Assembly: GCA_963733375.1 (NCBI GenBank)
Contig: CAVTDB010000003.1
Span: 282,852-346,851 of the forward strand
DNA from: Nitrospirota bacterium
GTDB lineage: Bacteria > Nitrospirota > JACRHJ01
Direction: 5' to 3'
DNA length: 64,000 nucleotides
A program made the translations under genes and the position numbers. Below are positions 1 through 9,944 of this stretch, piece by piece (position 1 is the stretch's first letter; each line of letters opens with the position of its first letter). Under the pieces are notes generated by a model. That model was not told the DNA's origin, made no database searches, and saw nothing but the letters and a program-made list of their open reading frames with translations.

Positions 1-2401
1 GAAGGAGGTCGGTTTCTTGTCCACGTTCATGTAATTGCCCTCTTCCGCCTTAACAAACTTTACGAGCTTCGGGTTATAGATAATCGAGAGCGGCGCCTCG
101 AATACCGAGTCTAAATCCGTCGCCATCACGTCCACGGTTATCTCCTGGCCCACATTGACCGGGATGACCTCCGGCGCGAACGAGAGTGTGCCCACCCGGC
201 CAATCTTGCCGGGCGTGGGCATGGCGGCCGCATTTTCGCCAGTCCCGGCTGGCGGGGTTACCGGCTGCGCTGGCTCCCGGCTGCAGCTGGCGCTCCCGGC
301 TGTACTGGCGTTCCCGGCTGTGCTGGCGCTCCCGGCTGTGCTGGCGCTACCGGCTGTACTGGTGCTCCCGGCGCGGGCGCTGCCCGGCTGCAGCGGGTTG
401 AACGGTTGCGCCCGGAGCGGGCATTACCGCGACGGGCCCGGCCGGCGCCGCCGGAGCCGGCGCCTGCGCGGCTTCGCCTTCGGGCGCGGCTTCAGTTTCC
501 GGAGTCGAGAGGTTTGCCTTTTTCTCCTCGAACAGCGGCTTCGTATCGTACGCCTCTTCCGTCCCGGACCAGAAGGAAGTATCCTGTGTCCCCGGAACCT
601 CCAGCGGCCGGATTATGTGCGGCGTGAGCGTCATTACCAGCTCGCGCTTGGAGTTCGGGCCGACGACATTGCTTGAGAATAGCTTGCCCAGGATGGGTAC
701 GTCCATCAGCCCCGCGATTCCGCTGGCCGATGTGCCGTCAACGTTCTCCAGCAGGCCGCCGATTATGACGGTCTCGCCGTCTTTCAGGCTCAGGGTGGTC
801 TCGGCGGTGGTGGTGTTGAAGGTCGGCTCGCTCAGGCCGCCTACGCTTATGCTGGCGCCCAGAGAACTGACTTCCAGCGTCGTCTTCAGCTTCACGTCGT
901 CGCCAAGTCCTATATCCGGCTCGACGGTGAGCTTGATGCCGATGTCCTTGTACTCGAAGGTGCTGACCGCGCCCACTACCGCGCTCCCGACCGCCGTGCT
1001 GGTCTGGACGGGTATCCTGCTTGCCGATAAGTATCTTCGCGGGCTTGTTGTTCAGCGTCCTTATCTGCGGGTTGGTAAGGGTCTCGGCATTGGCCAGCTG
1101 TCTCACTCACATGGCAGTGGCACGAGGGATAGCTGAAGACGAGGTTCTTGCCAAAGCTGTGCAGAGCGTCTTTCAGTCCCGGTATATCGTTGCATTAGCG
1201 TCAGTGCCACCTAACCAGTTCGTTGTCACCGAAGTCGGTATCGAGGCGGCGTCGTGACGGTATTACCGTTGGTGTCCGTTGATGGTGGAACTCGCGGTTA
1301 AACTGCTCAGGCCGCCCGGCAAAATCGTGCCCGTAACCGACGTGGGCCAGGCAATCCCGTAGTCTGTCTCGTCCGGCCCCTTGTCCACGGACATCACCTT
1401 GAAACGTCTATGATGACCTCGGAGTCTTGCCGGTCGTTCGCCGCGATAAGCTTCTCGGCTAACTTCAGCTTGTCGGGGGTCTCCCGGAGCGTAATGGAAT
1501 TCAGGGTTTCGTTTATTATTATCTTCCTCGTCTCCAGCATCGTGCGCAGGATGTTCACCATGTCCTTCGCCTGGATATGGGAGAGGTAGAAGGTCCTGAT
1601 CATCAGGTCCTGGTACTGGTCCAGCTTCGACTTTGTCTTGGGTATTATTATTATCGCGTCTTTTGCTATCTTTTTCATAAACATCTTGTTCGTGGCGAGC
1701 AGCAGGTTCAGCGCCTGCTTGAACGAGACATCCTTGGCGAAGACGGTAACGGGCTGGTCCTTCACGTCTTCGTCGAACAGGATGCTTATGCCGGAAATCT
1801 TCGAGAGAAATTCAAAGACCTCCTTGAGCTTCGCGTCCTTAAACGATAGCGTAATCGGCTCGTTCGATGCCAGGTCGAGCTCGTCGATTTCCTCCGCTTG
1901 CGCCTTCTGCTTCGTTATCCTCTCCACATACTCCGCGGCGAGCTTGTTCTTCGGGTCCAGCTCAAGAGCTTTGTTAAACTGGTTCAGCGCCTCGTTGGGC
2001 CTTCCCGCGGCGAGGTAGCTTTTGCCCGATGCGAGGGTCTCCTCGACATCCTTAAGCTTCCGGGCCTTTTCTATGAGAATGCGCGCCTTGTCGTTGTTCG
2101 GGTCGTAGATATTCGCCTGCTGGGCCTCGTATATCGCGGCTTCGGGGTTCTTCTCCTGCAGGTAACGGGCGGCCCGGTCGATATGGTTTAACGCCGCCTG
2201 GTTCTGGACCTTGGTCAGCCGGGTAAGATAATCGACATTTTCCGGGTCCTGCTGCAATGCCTGCCGGTAAAACGACACCGCCCGGTCCAGGTCTCCATTC
2301 AAGGCGGATTTTTCTCCCTTCTTGAAAGCGACGTCTCCGGCACAGCCCGCGAGGACTACGCATATGAGGAGCGCCGCGCAAAACCTGACGAGATTGAACA
2401 T
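1..2401 (-). CDS. Secretin (GspD/PilQ-like) with lipoprotein-like signal, TPR region, STN/N3 domains, secretin domain, Pro/Ala-rich linker and probable C-terminal cohesin domain; split by indels and runs off the window start
   Basis: ATG at 2401 (MFNLVRFCAALLICVVLAGC, lipobox-like LAGC) behind GAAAGGGG. Also seen: TPR motifs, 'ITLSFKDAKLKEVF', 'RTFYLSHIQAKDM', and secretin signatures 'LTNPQIRTLNNKPAKILIG', 'LKDGETVIIGGL' and 'LMDVPILGKLFS'. Nt 1-240 encode the cohesin-like 'APEVIPVNVGQEITVDV...APLSIIYNPKLVKFV...EGNYM'. Confidence 0.85.
286..372. repeat. 18-bp tandem repeat (~4-5 copies, CTGGCGCTCCCGGCTGTG-like) encoding (AQPGAP)n-type linker in the secretin
   Basis: Repeated gctggcgctcccggctgt / actggcgttcccggctgt units are directly visible. 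Confidence 0.85.
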
Positions 2402-2409
2402 GTTCCCCC

Positions 2410-3284
2410 TTTCAGGAATAAGGCTAAAATATCGTCCCATCCTTGTCGAAAAATTATTCAAAGGATCAGGCAATGCCCCCTGCGCGCTGCCGGGCTGGGC
2501 GGCCATGCCCTGAGGTCTCGGCATGTTCCCGGACTGGCCATGCCCTGAGGTCTCGGCACGTTCCCGGGCTGGCACATAGTTCCCGCCCGGAGGCCCCGGC
2601 GGCCTTCCCCCGTACGGATTTGGATAGCGCTGCGGCATTCCGCCCCCTGCTCCCATCCCCCCAAATCCGGGAGAAGGGACGATTTTGGAAGAGGCATCCC
2701 TGGTGAAATCCGTGTTGAGTTTTACCGCGATGCCCGTCTTCCTGTCGGATACGGTCAGCGAGTCCTTAGCCACGTCCGTGAGATAATATTGCTTCGTTAT
2801 GTTATCCCCTTTGGCCACTACATAATTTTCCGGGCCCAGGGATAAAAAGACGTCCATCCTCCCCTTCCTTTTCAGGAAACCCAGGACCTTGAGCTTATTC
2901 ATCTCCTCGCGCGCGTTCTCCATGTCTATCTCCGCCTGAGACTTCGGCGGCGGAGGCGGCGGAAGCGCCTTAAGCGGAGTTACCGTAACCGTGTTCCCCC
3001 CTGCCCCTCGTTTTCGCGGCGCGTTTCGGCAGGGACGGCTTTTCATATACCGGGTTGAATATGTTCTTCGACGCCAGGTAGCCCTCCTTCGGCTTCCCCA
3101 GCAGGTCAAGGTCCACTTTAATGGCCGTCTTCGGCATTCCCGCCCGGGCGGCTTTTTTGTCCGCGGCGCGGACGGGGGCCGGAGCGTTTTTCGCCGGGCC
3201 GGAAGACATCAATTTAGTAATAATCAATATCCCCGCCAGGACGGCCAGCACTGCTATAAGTACAGTCGTTCTTTTATCTTTCAT
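2410..3284 (-). CDS. PilP/GspC-position accessory protein with N-terminal TM helix and Pro/Gly-rich tail (frameshifted; 3' end uncertain)
   Basis: ORF 2970-3284 (TM segment, 'KNIFNP') continues in the 1394-3109 frame ('LKVLGFLKRKGRMDVFLS...VAKGDNI'). It lies between the PilO-like gene and the secretin. Confidence 0.6.
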
Positions 3285-3838
3285 CAGGATCTCGCGTAGG
3301 TGGTAAGACCGAGGGTAACCGCTATCTCCCCCGTTCCCTCGTTACTGTCAAGGCCCAGATCGTCTATATTCAAAAACAAGGAAGAGCTCTCCATGTCGTG
3401 GATGAACTTCCTGACGTCTTTGTACCTTCCGGTGACGGGCATGGAGAAAGATATCTGCACTATGTCTTCCTCCTGGTTGTGCGCCACCTCTTTCTTCATG
3501 GCGGAGATGGTATCGCTTTTCACCCCGTCTTCCTTTGCCATTTTAAAGACCTCCCTGAGTATCCCCGTATAATCGGATTTTGCCGGGAGCATCTTCTTGA
3601 AGGTCTCCAGCTGTTCTTTCCCGCGGCCGAACGAGGCGTAAAGCCGGTACTGGTCCTGCTTTGCCTTCATGGACCGCCTGTTATCCTGAAGCCTTGTCTC
3701 CAGGCCGGACGCCTTGAGCGAGGCCGGCTTCGTCCTGAACAGGTAAAAGCCGCCATTCGCCAGAAGCAGGCCGGTCAGAAGCAGCGTCAGAAGCTGCGCC
3801 TTCCGGTTTTTTATCAAAAGTTCAACCAAAGCCTTCAC
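3284..3838 (-). CDS. PilO/GspM-like inner-membrane platform protein
   Basis: TM helix, coiled coil, then 'MPVTGRYKDVRKFIHDME', the G-x-Y..F pattern typical of PilO; operon position fits. Confidence 0.75.
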   Translation of the reverse strand: MKALVELLIKNRKAQLLTLLLTGLLLANGGFYLFRTKPASLKASGLETRLQDNRRSMKAKQDQYRLYASFGRGKEQLETFKKMLPAKSDYTGILREVFKMAKEDGVKSDTISAMKKEVAHNQEEDIVQISFSMPVTGRYKDVRKFIHDMESSSLFLNIDDLGLDSNEGTGEIAVTLGLTTYARS

Positions 3839-4468
3839 TGCGCCCCTCCCTTAAGCTCCGTAGATTTGTAAGGGCTTTTTGAGGAGCGCGTCCCGTCCGG
3901 GTTATATTTTATTATCAGGTTGAATTTCTGCACCGTCATCCCGATATCCTTGTCCACCACCACTGAAGAGGTATGGAAGTCGGGCGGTATCTCCTCGAAG
4001 TATTTGGATTTCGTAAGCCGTTCCACGAACTCCATCAACTGGTTCGACGAAAGCGACGTGCCGGAGATATTCATTTCGAGCGTCTGAAAATCCGGCTTTA
4101 CATCGGTTATCCCCACCCCGTCCGGCACTACCTCCTCAAGCCGGTTCAGGAACGCCGTCCACGAAAAGACTCTCCTGGCAATGGCGTTGTTGGCGAAATC
4201 CGCCTCCTTAAGCGCCGCTTTTACATCCGCCGTGCCGCCCACCTCTTTTTTAATCTGGGCCAGTTTCTGAGTCCATCTCGGAAGCTATCCTCTGCTGCAA
4301 CGCCAGCTGCGCTGAAAAAGAGCGGACCTTCTGGACCGAATTCCTGTACTCGCCGTAATTATAGGCGAAGAGCAGGACCGCCGCCGCGATTGCGACGGCA
4401 AGCGCCAGATAAGCCTTCCTTAACAGCTGGTATTCTCTTGAAGCGAAATTTATTTCTATACGCATCAT
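3835..4468 (-). CDS. PilN-like protein (one indel near 4250)
   Basis: 'RIEINFASR' N-terminal IN motif plus TM helix, and 'WTAFLNRLEEVVPDGVGITDV' PilN domain. Confidence 0.75.
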
Positions 4469-4505
4469 TTAATTTCTTTGGTAATTTCTTTGGTAATTTA
4501 TCTGG

Positions 4506-5453
4506 TTAGATCTCCGAGGCCGCGCCGCAGGCGGCCGAGAAACAGGCGGACATGCCCGGAACGGCACCCTGCCGCACCGCGCTCTTCAGTGAAAGCATCC
4601 GCGCGTCTATCCCCGATTTCGCGCCGGCCTCCTCCGCCAGGCTCTCTATCCCTCCGGCGTCCCCGGAGAGATATACGGTCTTGATGGACGAGGAGGAAAA
4701 GTTTTCCCTGTAATAGACAAGCGACGCGTTCAGTTCCCGGAGCACCCGGATAATGTCCATGCGGCCGTTTTCCGAAGACTCATCCAGCTTCCCCAGGTCC
4801 TTCAGCCTCATAAAATGCGGAGAGCCTTCGTGGAATATTATTACCGAGAGCTTGCCGGCCGCCAGGTTCATGACGGCGAAATTGGCATCCTCGCCCAATT
4901 CCTTAAGGACATTGGCCCGGAAGAGGTTCCACACCGAAAAAGAGGCTAATCCAAGCCGCTCCGCGTTAACGCCAGCCTCCGCGAGCGCCGCCCGGTACTG
5001 CGAGAGTATCTCCGTTTTTATTATCGAGGCAAGATAACGGTGCTGCTCCTTTTCGCTTGCCTGAAATTTCCCAAGGTACTGCCACCGAAGCGTCGCCAGG
5101 TCGATCTCGAACGGCAGTATTTTTTTCAGCCGCCACCGCAGCATCTGTTCCGTTTCGTTCACTTTCGGGGCGGAATCGAAATCCAGTACCTGCACCCTCG
5201 CCACGTAGTCCGGGAGCGTGACAGACAGCCGGGTCCCGCGCGTGTTCCCATCCAGAAGGCCCCGGACTCTCGCCGCGAACTCCGGGATGTCCGAGATGTT
5301 CGGCTCCGTGAACGAGTCCTGCAGAAGTCCCGCCGGAAGCGGCGCTTCCTGTAGCCACTGGACCTCGAACTCCCCGCGGTTTTTTTTGAGTTTCGCGGCC
5401 CTGAGGGCCCTCTGGCCTATCTCAAGACCCAGATTTTTCCTGAAAGAAAACAT
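4506..5453 (-). CDS. PilM-like actin-fold protein
   Basis: Start MFSFRKNLGLEIG at 5453; 'VYLSGD' and C-terminal 'AACGAA' match the PilM pattern; operon position fits. Confidence 0.75.
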   Translation of the reverse strand: MFSFRKNLGLEIGQRALRAAKLKKNRGEFEVQWLQEAPLPAGLLQDSFTEPNISDIPEFAARVRGLLDGNTRGTRLSVTLPDYVARVQVLDFDSAPKVNETEQMLRWRLKKILPFEIDLATLRWQYLGKFQASEKEQHRYLASIIKTEILSQYRAALAEAGVNAERLGLASFSVWNLFRANVLKELGEDANFAVMNLAAGKLSVIIFHEGSPHFMRLKDLGKLDESSENGRMDIIRVLRELNASLVYYRENFSSSSIKTVYLSGDAGGIESLAEEAGAKSGIDARMLSLKSAVRQGAVPGMSACFSAACGAASEI

Positions 5454-5455
5454 CT

Positions 5456-7651
5456 TTACTCCACAAACGTAACCCTGTTTATCTCGCGCAGGGTAGTCTC
5501 TCCCTTGAATGCCTTCTGAAGCGCGGACTGCCTCAGCGTACTCATGCCCTCCTCGACGGCGGCCTTCCTCAGCTCGGAAACCGGCCTTCGCTCCAGCATC
5601 ATTTCCTTTATGCGGTCCGAGAGGTCCAGGAACTCCGTTATGGCCTTCCTGCCCTTGTAACCGGTACCGTTGCACTCGGCGCAGCCCTTGCCCTCGTAAA
5701 AAACTATGCCCCGGTTGACTATGTCGTCGTAATCAAGGCCGGAGTCGGCGAACGCCTCCTTGGAAAGCTTGACCGGACGCTTGCAGTTAAGGCAAATAAC
5801 CCTGACCAGCCTCTGGGCCAGGATGCAGTTCAGCGAGCTGACGAAGTTATAGGGCTCGACGCCCATGTTGGTGAACCGGCCTATGACATCGAAGGCGTTG
5901 TTAGCGTGGACCGTGGTAAAGACCAGGTGGCCGGTCAAGGCCGCCGCCACGGCTATCTGCGCGGTCTCCTGGTCCCGGATCTCGCCGACCAGTATCTTGT
6001 CCGGGTCATGCCTGAGGATGGAACGTAACCCCCTTGCGAAGGTGAGGCCCTTCTTTTCGTTAACCGGTATCTGGACCACGCCCGCGAGCTGGTACTCGAC
6101 CGGGTCTTCGATGGTTATCATCTTGTCTTCGCTGGTGTTTATCTCGCTTATGGCGGCGTAGAGCGTGGTAGTCTTTCCGGAGCCGGTAGGGCCGGTGACA
6201 AGCACCATCCCGTAAGGCTCCAGTACCGCCTTCCTGAAGCGCTTCAGGTCGTTATCGGAGTATCCCAGGCGGTCCAGCCGGAGCTCGTGGAGGTCCGCCG
6301 TAATGGACTCCTTGTCCAGTATCCTTATCACCACGTCCTCGCCGAATATGGACGGCATTATGGACACGCGGAAGTCGATCTTCCTGTCCTTGAGCTTTAT
6401 CTTGAAACGCCCGTCCTGCGGGATGCGCCGCTCGGCGATGTCAAGCTCGGACATGATTTTTATTCGCGAGATGATGGTGGTCTGAAAACGCGCGTCAATC
6501 GGGTCCATCGCACGGTAGAGCACGCCGTCTATCCTGTATTTCACGATCACGTGGCGCTCGTCGGACTCGATATGGATGTCGGAGGCCCGCTTCTGGATGG
6601 CGGAAAAGAGAATCGTGTCCACAAGCTTTATGATCGGGCTTATCTCCTCGCCCAGGCGGTCCATGGAGAGGGTCTCTTCGCCCTCCTCCGTCTCCTTTAC
6701 CAGGTGGAGCTTGAACTCCTCGGTCACCTCTTTCAAGACCCTCTGAGAGCCTTCGCTCCTTTTCAGGGCCTCGGCGATGGAAGCGTTCGTCGCCACGCAT
6801 ATCCCCAGGGGCCGTCCCAGGAGGAGTTCCAGTTCGTCCACCATTATGATATTCGTGGGGTCGGAGACGGCGATGATGAGCCTGCCGCCTTCCTCTTCGT
6901 ACGGCACGAACTGGTAGCGGTCCATAAGCTCGTAGGAGACGGTCTCGAAGAAGCGGGGCTCGATATGGAAGTTGAACAGGTTTACGAACTTGACCCCGTG
7001 CTGATAGGCGAGGCTCCTGGAAAGCTGCTCTTCGGATATGACCCCGTTCTCCATGAGCACCTGGCCTATCCTCTTTTCCGTACCCTTCACGCCCTCCAGG
7101 ACGCCCTCTATCTCCGCAAGGCTGGCGTACCCCTTGGAGACCATGATCTCGCCGATACGCTGTTTGCCGACCATCCGGGATATTTTTACTATCTCCCGGT
7201 CCTCGGCCGCCAGACGCTCCCCGCGCTCGTTTAAGGCGCGCCTGACCGCGCCCAGCAGGCTGTCCCTGTCAAAGGGCTTGGTTATGTAGCCCACGGCGCC
7301 CATTTTGATGGAGTCCGCGGCGGTGGTCTCGCTCCCCCGGCCGGTTATGATGATGACCTCGGTATCCGAACGGAGCTTCTTTATCTCCTTCAGGACGTCC
7401 AGGCCGTTCAGCCCGGGCATCATGTAGTCCAGGAGCACCAGGTCCGGAGAGGTATCCTTCACCTTCTCTAAAGCCTCCATGCCGTTGGAGGCGGAAAGGA
7501 CGGAAAAACCGTTCGAGGTCAGGATCTTCGAGATTAATACGAGGATATCCCGCTCGTCGTCCACCACGAGGATGGTAGCTTTTTCCGTTGCCGGTCCCGG
7601 CTCTACCCCCGCAAGGACTTCTTTTCCCGCAGTCTTCAATTCTTCTTCCAT
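5456..7651 (-). CDS. GspE/PilB family assembly ATPase with N-terminal response-regulator receiver domain and MshEN-like motifs
   Basis: Walker A GPTGSGKTT, 'TIEDPVEY', 'LRHDPDKILVGEIRD', His box 'TGHLVFTTVH' and tetracysteine motif. REC residues: 'VVDDE', 'LLDYMMP', 'ITG', 'KPF'. Confidence 0.93.
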   Translation of the reverse strand: MEEELKTAGKEVLAGVEPGPATEKATILVVDDERDILVLISKILTSNGFSVLSASNGMEALEKVKDTSPDLVLLDYMMPGLNGLDVLKEIKKLRSDTEVIIITGRGSETTAADSIKMGAVGYITKPFDRDSLLGAVRRALNERGERLAAEDREIVKISRMVGKQRIGEIMVSKGYASLAEIEGVLEGVKGTEKRIGQVLMENGVISEEQLSRSLAYQHGVKFVNLFNFHIEPRFFETVSYELMDRYQFVPYEEEGGRLIIAVSDPTNIIMVDELELLLGRPLGICVATNASIAEALKRSEGSQRVLKEVTEEFKLHLVKETEEGEETLSMDRLGEEISPIIKLVDTILFSAIQKRASDIHIESDERHVIVKYRIDGVLYRAMDPIDARFQTTIISRIKIMSELDIAERRIPQDGRFKIKLKDRKIDFRVSIMPSIFGEDVVIRILDKESITADLHELRLDRLGYSDNDLKRFRKAVLEPYGMVLVTGPTGSGKTTTLYAAISEINTSEDKMITIEDPVEYQLAGVVQIPVNEKKGLTFARGLRSILRHDPDKILVGEIRDQETAQIAVAAALTGHLVFTTVHANNAFDVIGRFTNMGVEPYNFVSSLNCILAQRLVRVICLNCKRPVKLSKEAFADSGLDYDDIVNRGIVFYEGKGCAECNGTGYKGRKAITEFLDLSDRIKEMMLERRPVSELRKAAVEEGMSTLRQSALQKAFKGETTLREINRVTFVE

Positions 7652-7668
7652 CTTGGTTTAGACGTCCT

Positions 7669-8874
7669 TTATTTAATGGTCCCCGCCATCTCGAATATAG
7701 GCAGGTACATTATTATCACGATAGACCCGACAATAAGCCCCAGGGTAGCGATTATGATGGGTTCGATAAGGCTGGTCAGCCTCTGCAAGCGGACGTTGAC
7801 CTTGTCTTCGTAGAAATTGGATATGTCGTCCAGCATGGCTTCCAGGGCGCCCGTCGCCTCCCCGACCTCTATCATCCTGATCGTCATGGTGGGCATTATC
7901 TTCGTCTCTTCGAACGATCCGGCCAGGCTTATCCCCTCCCGGACCCTCTCCTGGACATATTTCAGCTTGTTCGATACTTCGCGGTTCGTGATCGACCTCG
8001 ACACCATCTCCAGCGCCTGGAGCATAGGTATGCCGCCCGAGAGTATCGTGGACAGGGTCCTGGTCATGGTGCTTATGATATAGCCCTTCAGCGCGCCGCC
8101 GATTAAAGGCACTTTGAGCAGATACTTGTCCACTGTCAGTCTTCCGTTGTCAGTGCGGTACCAGGCCCTGAAAGCGTAAACCGCACCCACGGCCAGGGCA
8201 ACAAACAGCAGAAAGAATTTTCTTAAAATGTGCGTAAAATTCATCAGCATCAAGGTAGGCAACGGGAGGGAAGCTTGCGAGTCCGCGTATGTCTGCGTAA
8301 AGGCGGGCACTACATAGGTCAGCAGGAAGATGAGGAGTAAGATGGTAAACCCTACAATGAAAGTCGGGTAGGTCAGCGCGCTGACCATCTTCCTCTTCAC
8401 ATCGAGCAGCCTCTTCTGGTAAATTATGAAGCGCTCCAGCACGTCAGCCAGGGCGCCGGTGCGTTCACCCGCCCGAAGAGAGTTGCAGAAAAGTTCCGAG
8501 AAGAAGCCTGGGTGCCGGGACATGGCATCCGAAAGGGACTTCCCTCCACGGACTTCCGTCTTTACATCCACAAGAGCGTCTTTGAATGCTGTATGGGAAG
8601 TCCTCTCCGCCAGGATGTCCAGCGACTGCACGATGGGCAGACCGGCCTTTATCAGCACCAGCAGTTCCTGGTTGAAGACCAGAAAATCTTCGGTCTTCAG
8701 CTTCTTCCGGCCCGACAGGGCCCCAAGCCCCAGCGCATGCCGCTTCTTGAGCTGGAGTACGAGATATCCGCTCTCCTCCAACTCTTTCCTGAGCGCCTCC
8801 GGGCTGTCGGCGTCCGCTTCCTTTATAAAGACGCTTCCGTCTTCTCGCCCGGCCTTATAAACAAAAACTGGCAT
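7669..8874 (-). CDS. Type II secretion system F / PilC family protein
   Basis: 'LIKAGLPIVQSL', 'AGERTGAL', 'ALTYP', 'VGEATGAL', 'LIEP' and 'YLPIF' motifs. Confidence 0.93.
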   Translation of the reverse strand: MPVFVYKAGREDGSVFIKEADADSPEALRKELEESGYLVLQLKKRHALGLGALSGRKKLKTEDFLVFNQELLVLIKAGLPIVQSLDILAERTSHTAFKDALVDVKTEVRGGKSLSDAMSRHPGFFSELFCNSLRAGERTGALADVLERFIIYQKRLLDVKRKMVSALTYPTFIVGFTILLLIFLLTYVVPAFTQTYADSQASLPLPTLMLMNFTHILRKFFLLFVALAVGAVYAFRAWYRTDNGRLTVDKYLLKVPLIGGALKGYIISTMTRTLSTILSGGIPMLQALEMVSRSITNREVSNKLKYVQERVREGISLAGSFEETKIMPTMTIRMIEVGEATGALEAMLDDISNFYEDKVNVRLQRLTSLIEPIIIATLGLIVGSIVIIMYLPIFEMAGTIK

Positions 8875-9151
8875 CGATACCTTTCAGAGTGCGGCGAAGT
8901 GCCTCCCGCCTTCCCCGAGGTTCATCAGTCCGTCATTATATATTAAAGAGGCCCATTTGTTCAAGTTAATTCTCGCAAAAATGCGCACCCTTATTCTTTA
9001 TATTCCTTAAGCTTTTTTAATTTTAGAGAGTTTTCGGGGCGGGGGAATGAGCGATATTGAGATAGCTTAAAAAACCTGTTTACAAGCGCGCAAGGGCTCT
9101 TCGTAACTCCCTTGACTCCCCCCTTACCTTAAAGAGGGGGGCGGAAACGCA

Positions 9152-9361
9152 TTACTTTCCCGCAAGGGCGGCATTAATCTCGTCAACAATCTTTTGCGGG
9201 TCGAGGTTGTGCATAAGAGAACCAAAGCCAATCGATTCCATGTTTATCCCGGGGCAGGTAAAGCACCCGGTCCCGAAATGCTTCTCGATTATCTTCCTGA
9301 CTTCCGGGTCTGCATTTATGGCTTCGCCTATTATGGTATTCTTGTCGACGGTGAGGGGCAT
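9152..9361 (-). CDS. DUF1858-family small protein (hybrid-cluster/NO-stress-associated redox domain)
   Basis: 'FGTGCFTCPG..ESI....MHNLDP..IVDEIN' pattern; GGAGG RBS. Confidence 0.8.
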   Translation of the reverse strand: MPLTVDKNTIIGEAINADPEVRKIIEKHFGTGCFTCPGINMESIGFGSLMHNLDPQKIVDEINAALAGK

Positions 9362-9399
9362 CGCTTCAGACCTCCGTTTTTATAGATTTAATTCTTCAT

Positions 9400-9440
9400 A
9401 TTATACATCTTCCGGCGGACGGTGTCATGATTTTTGTCAT
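9400..9440 (-). promoter_or_regulatory. Probable class II CRP/FNR-family (HcpR-like) promoter for the DUF1858 gene
   Basis: TATAAT on the minus strand at 9405-9400, and palindrome ATGA-TTTTTG-TCAT at 9427-9440 centred about 41 nt upstream of the expected start site. Confidence 0.55.
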
Positions 9441-9458
9441 TTTTTAAAATAAACGGAG

Positions 9459-9487
9459 TTGACATTTTAATATTTGGATAGTATTTT
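9459..9487 (+). promoter_or_regulatory. Sigma70-type promoter for the cytochrome gene
   Basis: TTGACA (9459-9464), 17 nt spacer, TATTTT. Confidence 0.5.
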
Positions 9488-9582
9488 TAGAATTACTGTC
9501 AACCTTTTACGATGCAAGCCGTCTAAAGCCGAGAGGTTTTTTTCTCCCTCAAAGCGCTCCAAAATAGAAAGGAGGTGAAAAG

Positions 9583-9915
9583 ATGAAAAAACTTATTGTT
9601 CTTATGATGGCGGCTGTAATGGCCTTCGCTTTCGCTGGTATCTGCTTCGCAGCTCCCGCGGACTTCGCGTTCAAGACGGTCGGCAGCGAGGGTGCTGTCA
9701 CCTTCTCGCACACGGCCCATCTGGCCCAGAAGGTGGACGGGCAGGCTGTGACCTGCAAGAACTGCCACACGAAGCTCTTCAAGATGAAGAAGGGTGGCGA
9801 CGACATAACGATGGCAGCCATAAAGGAAGGCAAGTTCTGCGGCGGGTGCCACGACGGCAAAACCGCGTTCGCAGCGACTGCCGCTGAAAACTGCGCAAAG
9901 TGCCACAAGAAGTAG
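9583..9915 (+). CDS. Periplasmic triheme c7-type cytochrome c
   Basis: Signal peptide, FSHTAH, three CxxCH motifs (CKNCH, CGGCH, CAKCH) and AGGAGGTG RBS. Confidence 0.93.
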   Translation: MKKLIVLMMAAVMAFAFAGICFAAPADFAFKTVGSEGAVTFSHTAHLAQKVDGQAVTCKNCHTKLFKMKKGGDDITMAAIKEGKFCGGCHDGKTAFAATAAENCAKCHKK

Positions 9916-9944
9916 TTTTAAAAGTTTCTGCTGTTTTTTTAAAG

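Noticed and set aside
1394-3109. Apparent fusion of the PilP-like protein to the secretin in one 571-aa ORF
   Set aside because: The secretin has its own RBS, ATG and lipoprotein-like signal at 2401, and a 35-nt (non-triplet) repeat at ~2504-2573 shows indels in the upstream gene.
4471-4500. 12-bp direct repeat AATTTCTTTGGT x2 between the pilM- and pilN-like genes
   Set aside because: Only two copies in a short spacer, best explained as slippage duplication; no evidence of function.
9490-9580. c-di-GMP/GEMM riboswitch upstream of the cytochrome
   Set aside because: The GCAAG...GTCTAA fragment is suggestive, but the GGCAAAC/GNRA P2 architecture is absent. An Rfam scan would settle it.
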